The translations under genes were made by a program, and so were the position numbers. Of a stretch of DNA of 64,000 nt, positions 1-14,381 are shown piece after piece; within the stretch, counting starts at the first letter, position 1; the number at the start of each line of letters is the position of its first letter. Below the pieces are notes generated by a model, which was not told the DNA's origin, made no database searches, and worked only from the letters and a program-made list of their open reading frames with translations. The stretch covers positions 98,022,001 through 98,086,000 of the forward strand of contig OZ024742.1 of the NCBI GenBank assembly GCA_964016885.1, in the 5' to 3' direction. This DNA is from Eledone cirrhosa (lineage: Eukaryota).

Positions 1-129
1 ATCTTCACTATGAACATTTTCGCATATTTGTATATACCAATTTATATTAACATATATTTTTTACATTACTAAACGATTTAATGAGCGTTAATGCGCTCAG
101 CTCAATCAGATACGATCTTTATATTAGGT

Positions 130-345
130 CGATCAACCCTGTAGTGGTTCTGTCCTTGGCCCGTTTGTTTTTGTTATGAATACAATATATTATCCGCCAG
201 AACTTCGCCTTTGACCAGTACTTTATTACTGAGCGCCGAAGATATGACCGGACGAATTGATATACATTTTGACTGCAGAATACCGAAAATAGACTATTAC
301 ATTTCAACCTATGTTTGTACAAATCTGCCAATGATGTTTCTCTCT
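130..345 (+). mobile_element. Highly decayed LINE RT fragment (CR1/L2-like)
   Basis: Translates to GSVLGPFVFV (cf. QGSVLGPxLF) and, downstream, LYKSANDVSL (cf. YADD region); frameshifted. Confidence 0.35.
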
Positions 346-1402
346 GGTAGATGGTGTGTTTATATGGAATCGTAAATATGTATTGCGTTGTAGAGGGAAA
401 TTCATGCTACACAGTCTTGGGAATCTAAACCTGTTGGATCGCATCCCATTTCCAGGTCTGAACACAATCGATTTCTCCCAGGGAAGGAGAAAGATAGAGA
501 GTGATAGAGAAGGGATTAGAAAGAGATAAGGAGGAAGAATTCACTCAAATACTGTAACCGTACATTTTATCTACTAAGCAAGAAGGGAATCAAAGCCGAC
601 CTCTGTGGGATTTGATCTCAGAGAGCGCAATGAGCCGGGAATCGTAATACATTTATTCCAGCTCTAACAACTTTGCAAATTCACCACGTCTTTTGCTCTG
701 TTACTGTTACTGTTCAATAAAAAAAAAATGCCATAGAAACGTAAGCCAGTTCCTACTGGAAAGATATCTGTGATTTAGGTTACATTCTAATTTAAAGTTA
801 TAGGTATTTTCAGTTCCATCATACCTCAAAAGACTTTGAGGAAATGCATAAATATCATATAATAGAATTTCCTATTATATAAGCACATTAACTATGTGCT
901 TATGCGTCTATGTGAATATCAATGTGTGTAACTATTTAAAAAAGAGATCAATATTATGTAAATATTGAAAATATAACTGAAAGTATTCAGAGTTTTATGT
1001 TATTCAATAGAATACCCACCACCATGCAAAAAATATCAGAGCGATTTTTAAGGAAAATGTCACACATTTTATTTTATTTTAAACTTATTTCTTTTCAAAA
1101 TTCCCCTATAGATAAATTAGAAAAAGTATAAACTTATATAACGTAAAACCATAGCTATATTTAACTATATACATATATATATATAAATGATGTATAATTA
1201 TATATGTATTTTTATGTTTATAAAATGTATGTCTATGCACATCTATACAAAGTAAGTAATTTTATGAATATCAATATATATGTTTGTTTGTTATATATAC
1301 ATACATATATATGTACACGGCAACACATATATATATATATATATTTCTATGTTTGTGTGCCTCTCTTCCACTTTCTATATCGCTCTTCTTCTCTCATATC
1401 AA

Positions 1403-1489
<87 letters not shown>

Positions 1490-1601
1490 GATATATTCAA
1501 TGTAAGTACAGCTACTGTTTTTGAATTAAACACCTTCGAAGTGAAATGAACGAAGTACAAGCACATTTTTCCCGCTTCCTACTGTACAAAGAAATTCGTA
1601 A

Positions 1602-1653
1602 GATATTATCTGAGCTCATTTCAGAGATTATTGTCTCCTCATCAGAAAATACC
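1602..1653 (-). ncRNA. Hammerhead ribozyme-like motif (minimal, PLE-type)
   Basis: Minus strand: CTGATGA-ggaga-caataa-tctct-GAAA-tgagctca; 5-bp helix II; weak helix I. Confidence 0.55.
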
Positions 1654-1869
1654 TTCCAGTATAGTTTCACACACAGAAATAAGTAGTCTCACTGTAATTT
1701 TTATCAAACAACATGTAGTCTAATTTGAATTTCACATACATAGTCAGAGCGTAGATATTGAAAGTTAAGATTCACTGAAAGAGATTGCGTAGCAAAGAAA
1801 GAAGGCGAAAAATATATATATTAGTCTGAAAGGTAAATGGAGAAGAAGCAGAGTGAAAATAAGATATGT

Positions 1870-2040
1870 CAGTATGATGCAAAGTTACGGCATATATTAC
1901 GGCCCTTTACATTCTGAGATCAAATCCTGCTGAGGTTGGATTTGCCTTACGAGGTCGAAAAAGTAAAGCACCAGTAACGCAATGGGGTCGATCTAATCGA
2001 CTTACCCCTCTCCCCAAATTGTTGGCCTAATGCCTAAACA
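1870..2040 (+). mobile_element. Degraded tRNA-derived SINE
   Basis: ctgagatcaaatcctgctgagg...gaggtcgaaaaagtaaagcaccagta resembles the young SINE copies elsewhere in the window. Confidence 0.6.
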
Positions 2041-2894
2041 AAAAAATATTATTGATAGTTCTTCCGGCGTCAATAAGCAATAATCATCAATCAACTAGTG
2101 GGCAATATCATCGTCCCTTATCTTCTACCAGGAGGGTTAGCTTTATGTCTATCTAAAACATAATATAAACTTAATTTTAAGTTAAAAAGAAACCAACCAT
2201 GCTGATTGAGGCTTAAGTAGAAACTAAAAGAATAATGGAGATAGAGTTGAAGATATAAAAAGAGAGAGAGAAATGAAAAATAATCAATGGACACGAAATA
2301 AAATGTAGTGATAGTGAGAAATAGAGAGTAGCAGTAAGAGAAAGATTAGTAAACCACATTGTTTCATCACTGTAGTGGTAGGTGAGAAATAGGTGATAAC
2401 TCCGTCCAAACGAAAGCGGGGAATGGCTACGTACAACAGAAACAGAGGTGTGGAAATGAAAGTAGGGTGAGGAGTAGCAAGTGATTCTTAAACATTATGG
2501 GAGAGAAAGTGAGGCAATTAATTCTCCATTCCTTCATTTTAGATTCTACTAAAATGCTTAAATTCTGTACCACATTAAATATCTTCAGAGATTCAAGAAC
2601 CCACGAATAATCATATTGTTGCTAATGAACTAATGGTCGCCAAATATGTTTATTTACAAAATTTTAAACATAAACCTAGGTGTGTAAACAAAGCAATTAC
2701 CTGAAGAATTATTGGCAAATTTGAAAATTTGAAATATGAACGTCTCAACACAAATAAATACAAAAGTAGCCAATCATTATAAATACTAGCAGAAAAAAAC
2801 TGCCTGCGGGCGGTTTTCTGCTAGCATATGTAGTTTGCATATTGGTATTATACGCAAATATATATATGTAAATTGAAAAGTAAATCGACAATAT

Positions 2895-3545
2895 CTTCTT
2901 CTTCAGCCACTTATTTCTGAGAGGGCCGTGGGGGCAGTGTCCTGCTCAAAGACTCCTTCCAATGAGTCTGTCAGAAGCAAACATCTCTAACTGATCCAGC
3001 TAGATCCAAAAGCGAGACCAACCAGCTGGTGGATGTTAAGCAACTATCTTGCTTAGGGTATACCTCTAGGTCCCTTGCCGTTTGGTTTTGCCTGTAAAAT
3101 GTGTCCAATGATTCCTTAGTGAGACATTCTCACCACATACTCATAATATCGGAGTTGTGATCTCTCAATTCGGAGAAGTAGCGGCTCTACCAGGAGTGAC
3201 TCTCTAGACTCTGAGCTATGCACTTTATCGAGTAACGTTACTCCAAAGACTTTTCGGAGGAACCCCGTTTCTGTCGCTTTTATTTGCAATTGTATTATTT
3301 TGATCATTACTCAAGATTCATGATCCTCGGTAAGAGTTGGCAGGAATACCAGGAAGACAGCGAGTTTGGCTTTTACACCTACCCACTTCTTCTGATTGCT
3401 GAATGTTGAAGCTGGCGCATTACTGCATCAGCTTTTGCAATTCTTGCAAATAATTCAGCCTCCTGCATTGCATCACTCATGAACACGGCTCCAAGATACT
3501 TGAACTTCTCTAACTGCTTCAGTAGAACTCCATTCACATGTATAT
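2895..3545 (-). mobile_element. RTE-clade LINE 3' fragment
   Basis: LKQLEKFKYLG...ELFARIAKA and ATETGFLRKVFGVTLLDKVHS...EPLLLRIERSQLR are typical of the RTE C-terminus; ends in a short (GAA) tail. Confidence 0.85.
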
Positions 3546-3749
3546 AAATTTGAGGGACTTCTGTCCACCCGTCCATCAAACAATGTGTATGTGTGTTTGT
3601 GTGAATGTATGTGTGTGTAAAAGGAAGGAAAGGGAAACACAAACACATGTCTCTAACTAAAAAAACAATGACACCCACATGTCTCTAATTTAAGAACGCC
3701 GAAGAAATCACGTGCACGCACATACACACACTGTCCTATTACCACTTAA

Positions 3750-4175
3750 GAGCTTTGGCCCGGGGAAACATCCCCTCAATTTTGGAACCGTCTGGAATGT
3801 CCAGAATTGATGGGAAAAGACTTGACAGTCTTACTCTGTGCTCCAGGTCAAGAGGCAGGTGCTTACCTGGGACGTCACAATTAGTGACTCTTTTGCTTCT
3901 TCCCACATCCTGGATGCAACGGTAAGGGCGATAGATACAGCATCCGCAGCTGAACGGGAAAAATCATATAATACCGTGTTCTGTCAGCTAACTAATTCTC
4001 CAGCCTGTGGCATTCGAAACGTATGGGGGAGTCGGGTGATTGACGGCGAGGTTCTTATCTTCACTGCTAGCTCGCCAGACAAAGGTAACTGGTGATGCTC
4101 GTGAAGGCCCTTGGTTGTTCAAGCACCTCAGCTTCGCCATCACCCCAGGTAACACTGCGAGCGTTGCTGGCTTGC
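3750..4175 (+). mobile_element. CRE-like non-LTR retrotransposon 3' fragment (RLE domain)
   Basis: LEPSGMSRIDGKRLDSLTL, LTWDVTISDSFASSH and TGDAREGPWLFKHLSFAITPGNTASV match the DGKRPDG/WDxT/QRLSxAIQRGNA pattern. Confidence 0.75.
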
Positions 4176-5057
4176 CTCAAAAATTATTAGAGAGGTTTCC
4201 CAGTGCTCCTCGCTATATTGTTATCTTTTGCTCTGGTAGCGTCTCGTTTGTCCACCCCTTTCGCCTGCCTTTTGTTGATGTGGTCTAAGATGTGGGTATT
4301 ACGTTCTTGTGTATTTTTTCTCTTTCTTTTTTTCCTTTCCCTTTCCTTTGTATATATTATATTTGTTAGTGTTTTCGTTCTGTAACTCTCTATTAAATTT
4401 TTATAGAAATGAGTTTTAAAAAAAGAGTTTAACTGTGTTGTTAATAAATAAATAAAACATTATACTTGTATTACCGTCACATTTCCAATTCACCGAACGC
4501 TGCTATCATGGATGTATGTGTGTGTTTGTGTAAATGTATATGTGTGAATGTATGTCCGTGAGCATTTATTTTTATAAGTTTGCGCGATTATAGTTACAAT
4601 ATATATATATATATATATATGTCACAGTCACGTCACTACTCTCTTTATATACTCACACATACAATCTCTCTTTATAGCTCTAGCAATTTTATAAAATCAA
4701 AGAACAACAACATACACATACGCACACGCACACAAATCGCTTCATCTTTCTCTTTCACTGTCTCTCACTATAGTATAGATATACCGGAAGTATTGAAATT
4801 TCAATTTTTTAAAAGAAGTGAGTCTTGAACTATGCAATAATATTTTTAATATATGTTTAATCATTTGTTACGAAATTTAGTAGATAAATTATGTAATATT
4901 CATTCATTATTTATTCAAAGTAATCCAACTTATTTTACAAACTGGATAGAAAATTATATTCTGGATGCAGTCCCGCACCCCTTTCTTTATTGTAGTTAAG
5001 ATTAGTAGCAACAATCAGGTAAGGTATTTCTGGAGACGGAAGAATATAAACAGTAAC

Positions 5058-5126
5058 ATCCGCCTGCAGTGAATCGAACCCTGCATTTCTCGCATACAGA
5101 GCGAATGTTAACCACTAGCCACCAAT
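5058..5126 (-). pseudogene. tRNA-like sequence (SINE head or tRNA pseudogene)
   Basis: A box TGGCTAGTGG, anticodon-like arm tcgc-tctgtat-gcga, B box GGTTCGATTC; acceptor stem poor. Confidence 0.5.
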
Positions 5127-6039
5127 TATATGTGTAAACAAAGTGATTGACTTAAGAAGTATTTAGATAATTGTTAGTTTTAAATGTGTGCATCCCAACG
5201 CAAATAATCATATTTCAATACTATAAATACGAGTTGAGATATTCGGATAAAGTACCCCTGGACATGGAAATATAATTATATTTCTGTGTTTATGTGTGTT
5301 TATGTGTGTGAATGTGTGTCCGTGTGTGCGTGTATGTATAATAAACGGTGAAGTTCTTAATCTGGAGCATTGGGTGCTGGACGCAAAATGGGTGATGATA
5401 GGAGGGGAGGAGTGTCGAAATGCATGAGATGCTAAGAAAACCAGATAGACGAACAGAGTCCATTCTAGTAGCGACAGAAAAAAGTAGAGAAAGGACATCT
5501 GTCTGTCAGAGTCTGAAGAGCGCATGTCATTGTCGTTTTATCAATTGGACAAGTGACATATTTTCGTATTCGAGTATTTACATTAATTAAATACTTACAA
5601 AAATGTTCAGCCCGTCAAATCCGTACTGAATTTGTTTTGCTTTTACAACCTTACTTTAAAAATACGATTGAAAATTTCACTGTCCAGGAGTATGTATGGT
5701 TAGGGTGACAAATTAAATCATAGTAATTTAAATTGCCACTCATATACATTAGTGCACATTAGCTCAGCGAGGAATATTTCTTGTAATTTTTCTTTTTGCC
5801 AGAAAGTAGTTGGAAGAAGCAAATATAGCCGACTCTCGGGCGCCTGCTGTAATACATGATTACAATGTCTCCGATTATTTCCTAATTTCATCAAGCCCTA
5901 GCTGGTTTTGTTTATTGAATATAATTCTATTGGATGTTTTTTTAGGAATATGTGGAGAGAGTTAAGAAATGTGAATAAAGGGTTGAAATGATGTTATTTG
6001 TTTTTCAATTCATCTTGAATGTATTGTATATAGATTTTA

Positions 6040-6104
<65 letters not shown>

Positions 6105-6331
6105 GGTGTGTGTGTGTGTGTTACTGTGATGTAGGACACGAAAAGTGCTTTGCAGTATTTTGAAATATTTATCTATTTTTTACAATTCGGTGACACTTGA
6201 AGACTGAGGTTAATGTCTCACTCTTCATGATATTAAAAACAAACACGCTAATTGTCCTAGTGTATCGATAAAATTAAAATGGACAATGATTAAATAAATG
6301 GTGCTGAGGTCTATTGCCGTTCTTAATGAAA

Positions 6332-6382
<51 letters not shown>

Positions 6383-6419
6383 AATGTAATATGAGTTTTT
6401 CGAATGTTAATAATAATAT

Positions 6420-6892
6420 TCGATTTGTTTGCAATTATACAAAGAACCCTCATTTTGAAAGCCATGTCAGTAGAATGGGCCCCTCATTCTTGCTCTTGTA
6501 TTGGCATGTAAACAGAACTGCAGACACTAATGTTTCTTGGTATTGCCCTTCATCAGCACAGTTCACTGTTCACCTGCTAATGCTAACTGTCAGAGCTAGA
6601 GTAAATATATGATATTTTCTAAAATATAAAGTGACTGACTGGCCTGATTTGCATATTAGCAGACTGGCTGATCAGTTAGATGTCCATATTAGCAGATCCA
6701 CCGATCAATCAGATGTGCATATCAGCAGACTGGCCAGTCAGTTTCTTGTATACGATTCGTTTGCAATTATGCAAACAAGCCTCATTTGTAAAGACATGTC
6801 AATGCCAGTAGAACGAGGCCCTCATTCTTGCTCTTGTGTTGGCATCTAAACAGAACTGTAGACACTAATGTTTCTGGATATTGCCCTTCATC

Positions 6893-6893
<1 letters not shown>
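6420..6893. repeat. About 140-bp direct repeat (6420-6560 / 6753-6893) enclosing a 33-bp tandem repeat (about 6640-6735)
   Basis: Direct sequence comparison. Confidence 0.85.
6518..6561 (-). ncRNA. Type I hammerhead ribozyme-like motif
   Basis: ctgtg-CTGATGA-agggcaataccaa-GAAA-cattagt-GTC-tgcag; helices I and III form; second, truncated copy at 6855-6893. Confidence 0.6.
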
Positions 6894-6987
<94 letters not shown>

Positions 6988-6988
<1 letters not shown>

Positions 6989-7892
6989 CAATCATAATCT
7001 ATAAAGCTCAGTGTGTGGTCATGCTCCTTCGTTATAGAAATCTACGAGATAGAATTTCTTCAATTGAAATTTACAATTCAGTATTCGAAATAGCTTCGAT
7101 TGCATCTTGACGGAGATAATTTTTTCAATTTCACCCACAATTACGCAAAAAAATAGATAAAACTCAATATTTTACGATTTTTCTCTATCATTTAAACTGC
7201 TGAACTCTTTCTACTACCATTCAAAATCTATACAACTTCATACTTTCTGCTACTTTCTCTTTCCAAGCTTGATGGCCATACTGTCCCCCATATCACAACA
7301 CTCCCTACTGTCTTAAATTTAGAAAACACATATCCTCTATGAGGTTACTAAACTTGCTAGAAACAGCAGCTAACTCTCCCCCATATCACACCACTCCCTA
7401 CTGTCTTAAATTTAGAAAACATATCTTCTATGAGGTCACTAAACCTGCTAGAAACAGCAGCTAACTCTCCCCCATATCACACCACTCCCTACTGTCTTAA
7501 ATTTAGAATACACATATCCTCTATGAGCCACTAAACCTGCTAGAAACAACACCTAACTCTCCCTCATATCACAACCCTCCATACTGTCTTAAATTCAGAA
7601 AACACACAGACAACCATGCAGAACAACTCCATCGCAGCTCTGTTGTTCGGCTGGCATCGTCTACGCGCGTGTTGCGCAAGTACTGTGAAACAATAAATTT
7701 CAACACTTTTTTGCACAGAGGTAATATCCATAGGCGAAACTACAATTGTCACTGCTGGCGCAGCTCCTGCTTCCAGGTCTGCAATTCAATCACCCAGTGC
7801 CTGGCAGACAAAAAAGTGCTGCCATGAAATGGGTGGTGCAACCTAACTTTGGTAACTTAATGACCCCGAGCAACGCCGGGCTTTAATGCTAG
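6988..7892 (+). mobile_element. Non-autonomous Helitron-like element with internal about 92-bp tandem repeat (7285-7605)
   Basis: 3' hairpin cccgagcaacgccggg then CTAG|T, nearly identical to the end at 59068-59098; 5' end approximate. Confidence 0.65.
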
Positions 7893-7902
7893 TATAGTGA
7901 TA

Positions 7903-8032
7903 AAATATAATATAAAAATGGCTCATACAGAACTAGAACTGTTTCATTCATATGGAATCATCAGGCATTGCTGATGATTGCATATGAATAAAACGGTTCT
8001 AGCTCTCTAGAAACTATTTCTATATTATATTT
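7903..8032. repeat. Fold-back carrying back-to-back hammerhead cores
   Basis: gtttcattcatatggaatcatcag-gcattg-ctgatgattgcatatgaataaaac. Confidence 0.75.
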
Positions 8033-8157
8033 CGTTGTTCTCAATATGTATTAAGTGCATTATTTCCTCTATTTACCCACGTTTCCTCTCGGTATCGCCA
8101 TCTATCTGACTATCTATCTATCCATCAATCTATCTATTTATATGTATATATATATCG

Positions 8158-8715
<558 letters not shown>

Positions 8716-8811
8716 TGTGTGTGTGTGCGTATGTATGTAAAAAGTAAACAGAAATAACAACACAATCGGAATATATTAGGTTAACACTTGAAATAGCAGG
8801 AAGAAGGTAAT

Positions 8812-8839
8812 GACGTTTCGGACGCCAGTCCTTCATCAG
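8812..8839 (-). ncRNA. Minimal hammerhead core
   Basis: CTGATGA-a-ggac-tggc-gtcc-GAAAC-GTC; ACGT palindrome; helix I partner not found. Confidence 0.65.
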
Positions 8840-8902
8840 AAGAAAGAAGGAGAAATAAGATAGATTGAAGGGACGGGTGGGTTGGAATTAAAAAAGGTGT
8901 TA

Positions 8903-8970
<68 letters not shown>

Positions 8971-9126
8971 AAGAGTAACGAATAACATAGTAGGCTGTAC
9001 AAAAGGGGTTCTATTTAGTGTATTAACAATTGTTTTATTGATCAGGTAAGTCCGAAGGCCGCTAATCACTCGAAATTGCGTCATTCGACCATAAATACAG
9101 TGCGTGTCTCTTATCAAATCATCGGA

Positions 9127-9214
<88 letters not shown>

Positions 9215-9440
9215 CTTGCGAGGCCTTTGATATGAAATCGTGTGCCGAAACAGATATTGTTATACTTGGGGAGGGTCACATTGTTGTAATAAATTAATAA
9301 CGGAACACGCTCACTGTTTGGTTGGTTTTCGCTTCTGTATCTTTTATATCTCCATAGTTAAATCATTCGGCAACCAATGTTTAACATTGATTGAGCAACG
9401 GTCAAAATTACAGATATAAATGCATATATATAGTCTAACA

Positions 9441-9474
9441 AAGTTCTTTCGTTGCACATCTGCAACATCATCAG
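9441..9474 (-). ncRNA. Hammerhead core in PLE-type module
   Basis: CTGATGA-t-gttgca-gatg-tgcaac-GAAA-gaactt; flank 9250-9450 related to 40522-40714. Confidence 0.65.
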
Positions 9475-9489
9475 TGGTACTATTATGTT

Positions 9490-9645
9490 TCCGCCTAAAT
9501 ATTCATGGTAACACTTTAATCAGTGAACAGGAACAACAGGTTCTACAGCTCCCACCAAAATTTGCTATATACAAAAAGATAAATCCAAAAGCTGGTAAAG
9601 TGTTTCACGAAAAGACGTTGGAATGCGAAAATAAACAACAACTAT
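9490..9645 (+). mobile_element. Penelope-like ORF N-terminal fragment
   Basis: ISEQEQQVLQLPPKFAI resembles the PLE LSxxExxVLxLGPKFA motif; adjacent to an HHR. Confidence 0.5.
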
Positions 9646-9662
9646 AAGGACAACAACAATAA

Positions 9663-10517
9663 TAATTGTTTCTACTTTAGGCACAAGGCCAGCAATTACC
9701 CAGTACATTACTGGTACTTTATTTTATCGACCCCGTAAGGATGAAAGGCAAAGTTAACCTCGGCGGGATTTGAACTCAGACTCTAAAGGCATCTAACTAT
9801 GCTAGAAAGCATGGCATCCAACCCTCTACCGTTACTGCCAATTCACAACAACAACAATAATTGTTTCTACTTTAGGCACAAGGCCAGCAATTACCCAGTG
9901 CCTTACTGGTACTTTATTTTATCGACCCCGTAATGATGAAAGGCAAAGTCAACCTCGGCGGGATTTGAACTCAGATCGTAAAGGGACGTAACTATGCTGG
10001 AAAGCATGGCGTCCGACCCTCTACCGATACTACCAATCCACCGCCCTCTCACAACAACAATAATAATGATAGAAGAAATATAAACAATAACTCGGAGTAT
10101 AGAAATAACAGCTATAATAGTAATAGTCATAACAATAACAATAGCAGGAGAGTGAGTAATAGTAATAATAATACTGGTAATAATATTAACGATAGACAGA
10201 ACAACAACGACAACAACAATTATAATAATGCTTTCTTTATTATTTATTTATTTATTGTTTATTTATTTTCGAAACATTAACAACAGACACGACAACAACA
10301 ACAACAACCACAGTAGTAATAGTGGAAATAATTGTTTCTACTTTAAGCACAAGGCCAGCAATTACCCAGTGCATTACTGGTACTTTATTTTATCGACCCC
10401 GTAAGGATGAAAAGCAAAGTCAACCTCGGCGGGATTTGAACTCAGATCGTAAAGGGACGTAACTATGCTGGAAAGCATGGCGTCCGACCCTCTACCGATA
10501 ATGCCAATCCACCGCCC
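9663..10517 (-). mobile_element. Three copies of a young tRNA-derived SINE (9663-9848, 9858-10046, 10329-10517) in CAA/TAA-rich DNA
   Basis: A box TGGCAGTATCGG-like, B box GTTCAAATCC, Nin-domain-like core gcctttcatccttacggggtcgataaaataaagtacc. Confidence 0.9.
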
Positions 10518-13059
10518 TAATAGTTGAAATAATACGAGTAGCAACATTAATGATAGACACAACCAAAACAACCACAACCACAACAACAACAAAAAAAAAA
10601 CAAGAAACATAATAATAAAAGTAACAACCACAATGGTAGAAATAACAGTAACGACAACAATAACAATAGAACAAACAACAACAATACATCTAACAATCAT
10701 AACGTTAATAAGAATGTTAATGGTAGGAACAACAACAACCATAATAACAACAATAGCAACACACACAACTATGTCGATAGATATAATGAAAACTCCTTAG
10801 AAAAACTATTCTTCAACCCAGCTGACCAAACTTATAAGATGAGTAAAATTTAGCCTACTAAGTTACCTTTTAATAAAATGGTTTGTATATCACAACAAAT
10901 AGATGACGAGACAGAGGCACAGTTCACGATAGCTAGAAATAAAATTAGACAAATAGTAGACCGATATACTAAGAGACAAAGCAGACCAGAGGCCCAACAA
11001 CTTGGAAGGAAACCTGTAAAAGGCTTAGTTAGCCTCAAGCAGCGCACAAAGGATGGTGAGGTAGTATGTCTACCCATATAGACGTCTGGCAGGATGTCAA
11101 TAGACAGCATACCGAACTACATCAAGGCTATGCAACCCCACACCACCAATACGGGCGAAATTACACAACAAACACATGAGGGGAGAGAGAAGATCATCAA
11201 CGTTCACATGATGATGATGTGGACCGACAATCTAAAGCCAAGCAGACGCACTGCCAACAAATTCCAGGCGTCTAACAATGACATACCACCCTTGTATGGG
11301 CTCCGCAAAGACAATACGACAGTCGACGACCCGAAGACAGAACAACCAACAAGACCTGTATGCGGAGCCAATATCTCTAGCAACTACAGGATCTCCTACT
11401 TCCTCTGAATGGTTATACGTCCCACAATCTAGATGTCCCCAGATGTATGTGACAGTACAGCGGACCTCCCCGGCAGAATCAATGAGTGCAACAAAAACAA
11501 AAATATGTCTAACAGCATAATAGGCAGTATGGACGTCGTATCACTATTAACATTGATTTTGCTGTGGAAAAATGTGTGGAGATAATCAGTGAGAGTGAGG
11601 GGGAGTTCTGCAACATCGACACATATGAACTGGGCCTCCTACATAGACTTACCTATGGCAGCGAGTACCTAGACAGCCATGACCTTAGCTGTTTCTGCCC
11701 TTGAAGACCCAGAAGAGGCAGACCCCCCACCATTATCTCAATGGCAAAAAAGACTCCCATGGGAATCTGGATTGGGTGGACCAAAGCCATACGGAAACCC
11801 CAAAACAATGATCAGGTAAGAAAGATCGTCGCGCATGCAATAGGGACTTGTATTAAAATTACCCTAGGCCATATATTCAAATTCAACGAAAAGATCTACA
11901 CCCAAAATGAAGGAACAGCCATTGGCGGCAGCATAGCTGGTGATGTTGCCAAACTTGTTATGGTATGGTGGGAAAGGAGACTCAAATATATACTTAAAGA
12001 GAGGTCCATGGACCTCAACATGTACTCTCATTACGTAGACGATATTAATATAGTAATAAGGACACACCCACAAGAGAGTACTAACACATATGATTTAGAA
12101 TATAGCACAATGGAAAGCATCCGGCAGATAGCTAACTCCATATACCAGAGTATAACTGTAACTATTGACTACCATTCCAAATACCCTAACAATAGTCTAC
12201 CTGTATTAGACACGGAACTCTGGATTAACACTATATACGAGAGGCCCCAAATTCTCCACTCACACTACACTCAACCCATGGCCTCCACATACCTGATACT
12301 CAAAGACTCATCCAAGTCACGTAGAGCTAAATTTAATATTCTGATCGCAGACTTGGTACGAAGGATAAAGAACGTGCCCCGCATGTGCGACCCGACAGAA
12401 ATGGAAAGACACATCCAACACTTCATCAACCGCATGCAGTTCTCTGGCTACAACCAAAGAGACAGAAGCAGAGTATACAAAGGAGCCAAGGAGAAGTACA
12501 AGACCCTTATAGAACTGAACATGAAGGAATTTGCTCATTATACAGGAGCAAATCATGGAATAGCTTAGATAAGACTAAACATAAGATAGGGAAAGCCAAC
12601 TCATGGTACGACAACCAGAGATACCAGAGTGTCATGTTCGTGGACGCTACCCCTGGAGGGAAAATGTAGAAAGGCCCTGAGAAAGATCCACTTAAAGATT
12701 AACGTGGTAGAAAAGCCAGGAACTACCATAAAATCCTTGATCAGCAAAAGATACCCTTTAAAAAAAAGCACTGTACTAATAAGAAATGTGTTATATGTAA
12801 AGTAAACCCCCAGATAAACTGTAAAACTAGAAATGTAGTCTTTAGCATAAGATGTACAGAGGGTAGTTGCAGAAACATGACAACATGCATAGGCGTGACA
12901 GCTCGAAGCATAAGAGAACGAATAGACAAACAGTGGGGGGAATTAAAAGGACAAAAAATGGTTCAGTACTATACGAACACACCAGACGACAACATGACTG
13001 TAACATACACAACATAGAAATTAAAATAATATCTAAACATAGAAATAACCCAGCAGGTA

Positions 13060-13785
13060 GGCAAATCAGAGAGGCAAACGAAATAGAGCTTAGAAAGCCA
13101 AAGCTAAACAGAAAAAAATGAATGGAATAACAACAACACCCAAACAAACAATACTGACCTAAGAGAAGTATAAATAAATAGATAAATAAATAAATAAATA
13201 AATACATACACAAGCACAATAACAACAAACACATATAAACACACACTAGTAAAGATAGAATACATTAACCAATACACAGTCACCCAATCACGAACACAAA
13301 TCAAAACAAAACACTATACACACACGCAAACGCATGCGCAAAGAAGACAAAATAAAATAAACAAATAAATAAATATATAAACAGACTAAATAAAGATGGC
13401 GTAGAAAATACAATGCAATGGGAGGAAACAATAGCACCACTGACAGCAAATCAGAGAGGCAAGCGAAATAGAGCTTAGAAAGCCAAAGCTAAACAGAAAA
13501 AATGAATGGAATAACAACAACACCCAAACAAACAACACTGACCTAAGAGAAGTATAAATAAATAGATCAATAAATAAATAAATAAATAAATATATACACA
13601 ATCACAATAACAACAAACACATATAAACACGCACTAATAAACTAAGATAGAATACAATAACCAAAACACAGTCGCCCAAACGCGAACACACACCAAACAT
13701 GATACACACACGCAAACGCATGCGCAGAGAAGAAGAAAAAAACAATAATCAGATAAAATAAAAATGGCGTAGACATACAATACAA
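13060..13785 (+). repeat. Tandem duplication (about 330 bp) of the PLE 3' end (13060-13420 / 13446-13785)
   Basis: gcaaatcagagaggcaa(a/g)cgaaatagagcttagaaagcc... is repeated. Confidence 0.9.
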
Positions 13786-13952
13786 CAGATATGTCTATCT
13801 CTCTATCTTTGTATAAATATATATGCATGTATGTTTGTGTGTTTTTGTAAGTGTGTGCATGTGTTTATGCGAGTAGATTAAGGATAGGAGAGTTGAGCGG
13901 ATTCAAATTCTGATAAAATGCAAAACCTATCTGTGAAGGGGAGTGCTAAGCT

Positions 13953-13980
13953 CTGAGGAATACCAAAGTATGAAACATGG
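13953..13980 (+). ncRNA. Truncated hammerhead at the PLE 3' terminus
   Basis: CTGAGGA-atac-caaa-gtat-GAAAC, shortly followed by (TA)n. Confidence 0.6.
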
Positions 13981-13986
13981 ATCTGT

Positions 13987-14041
<55 letters not shown>

Positions 14042-14233
14042 CCAAGGTTCATTGATTATTCAATGAATATAGTTTTACAATAGATTAAAAGCACTCAACA
14101 ATAAAGTTTTCTGGAGTTATTAATATTATTCAAATGGAGACATTCACGTAATGAAAATATATATATATTTTCATTACGTAAATGTCTCCATTTATTAATA
14201 TTTTGAATAATATATATATATATATATATATAT

Positions 14234-14381
14234 ACCCAGTGCATTACTGGTACTTTATTTTATCGACCCCGTAAGGATGAAAGGCAAAGTCAACCTCGGT
14301 GGGATTTGAACTCAGATCGTAAAGGGACGTAACTATGATGGAAAGCATGGCGTCCGACCCTCTACCGATACTGCCAATCCA
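14234..14381 (-). mobile_element. Young tRNA-derived SINE
   Basis: Near identical to the 10329-10517 copy. Confidence 0.9.

Larger units (their letters stand above)
10780..13990 (+). mobile_element. Decayed near full-length Penelope-like element (RT, Cys-rich linker, GIY-YIG; Nematis/Neptune-like)
   Basis: PPLYGLRKD...RPVCGA; IGSMDV; FKFNEKIYTQNEGTAIGG; YVDD; LPVLDTELW; CxxxxCxxC...NCKTRNVVFSIRC...CIGVTARSIRER; multiple stops and frameshifts. Confidence 0.92.

Noticed and set aside
4983-5024. Candidate 23-nt micro-exon with good splice signals; other splice-like sites at 56960-57800
   Set aside because: No linkable reading frame; such signals are common by chance in AT-rich DNA
5058-5126. 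Functional tRNA gene
   Set aside because: Acceptor stem does not pair and position 33 is not U; treated as a pseudogene or SINE head
7285-7605. Regular repeats resembling a CRISPR array (also 58665-58793)
   Set aside because: Head-to-tail tandem units with no unique spacers; eukaryotic context; no cas genes
11690-11720. In-frame TGA in the PLE ORF as possible selenocysteine (known from Naiad PLEs)
   Set aside because: The element also has TAG/TAA stops and frameshifts, and no SECIS was recognised; ordinary decay is more likely
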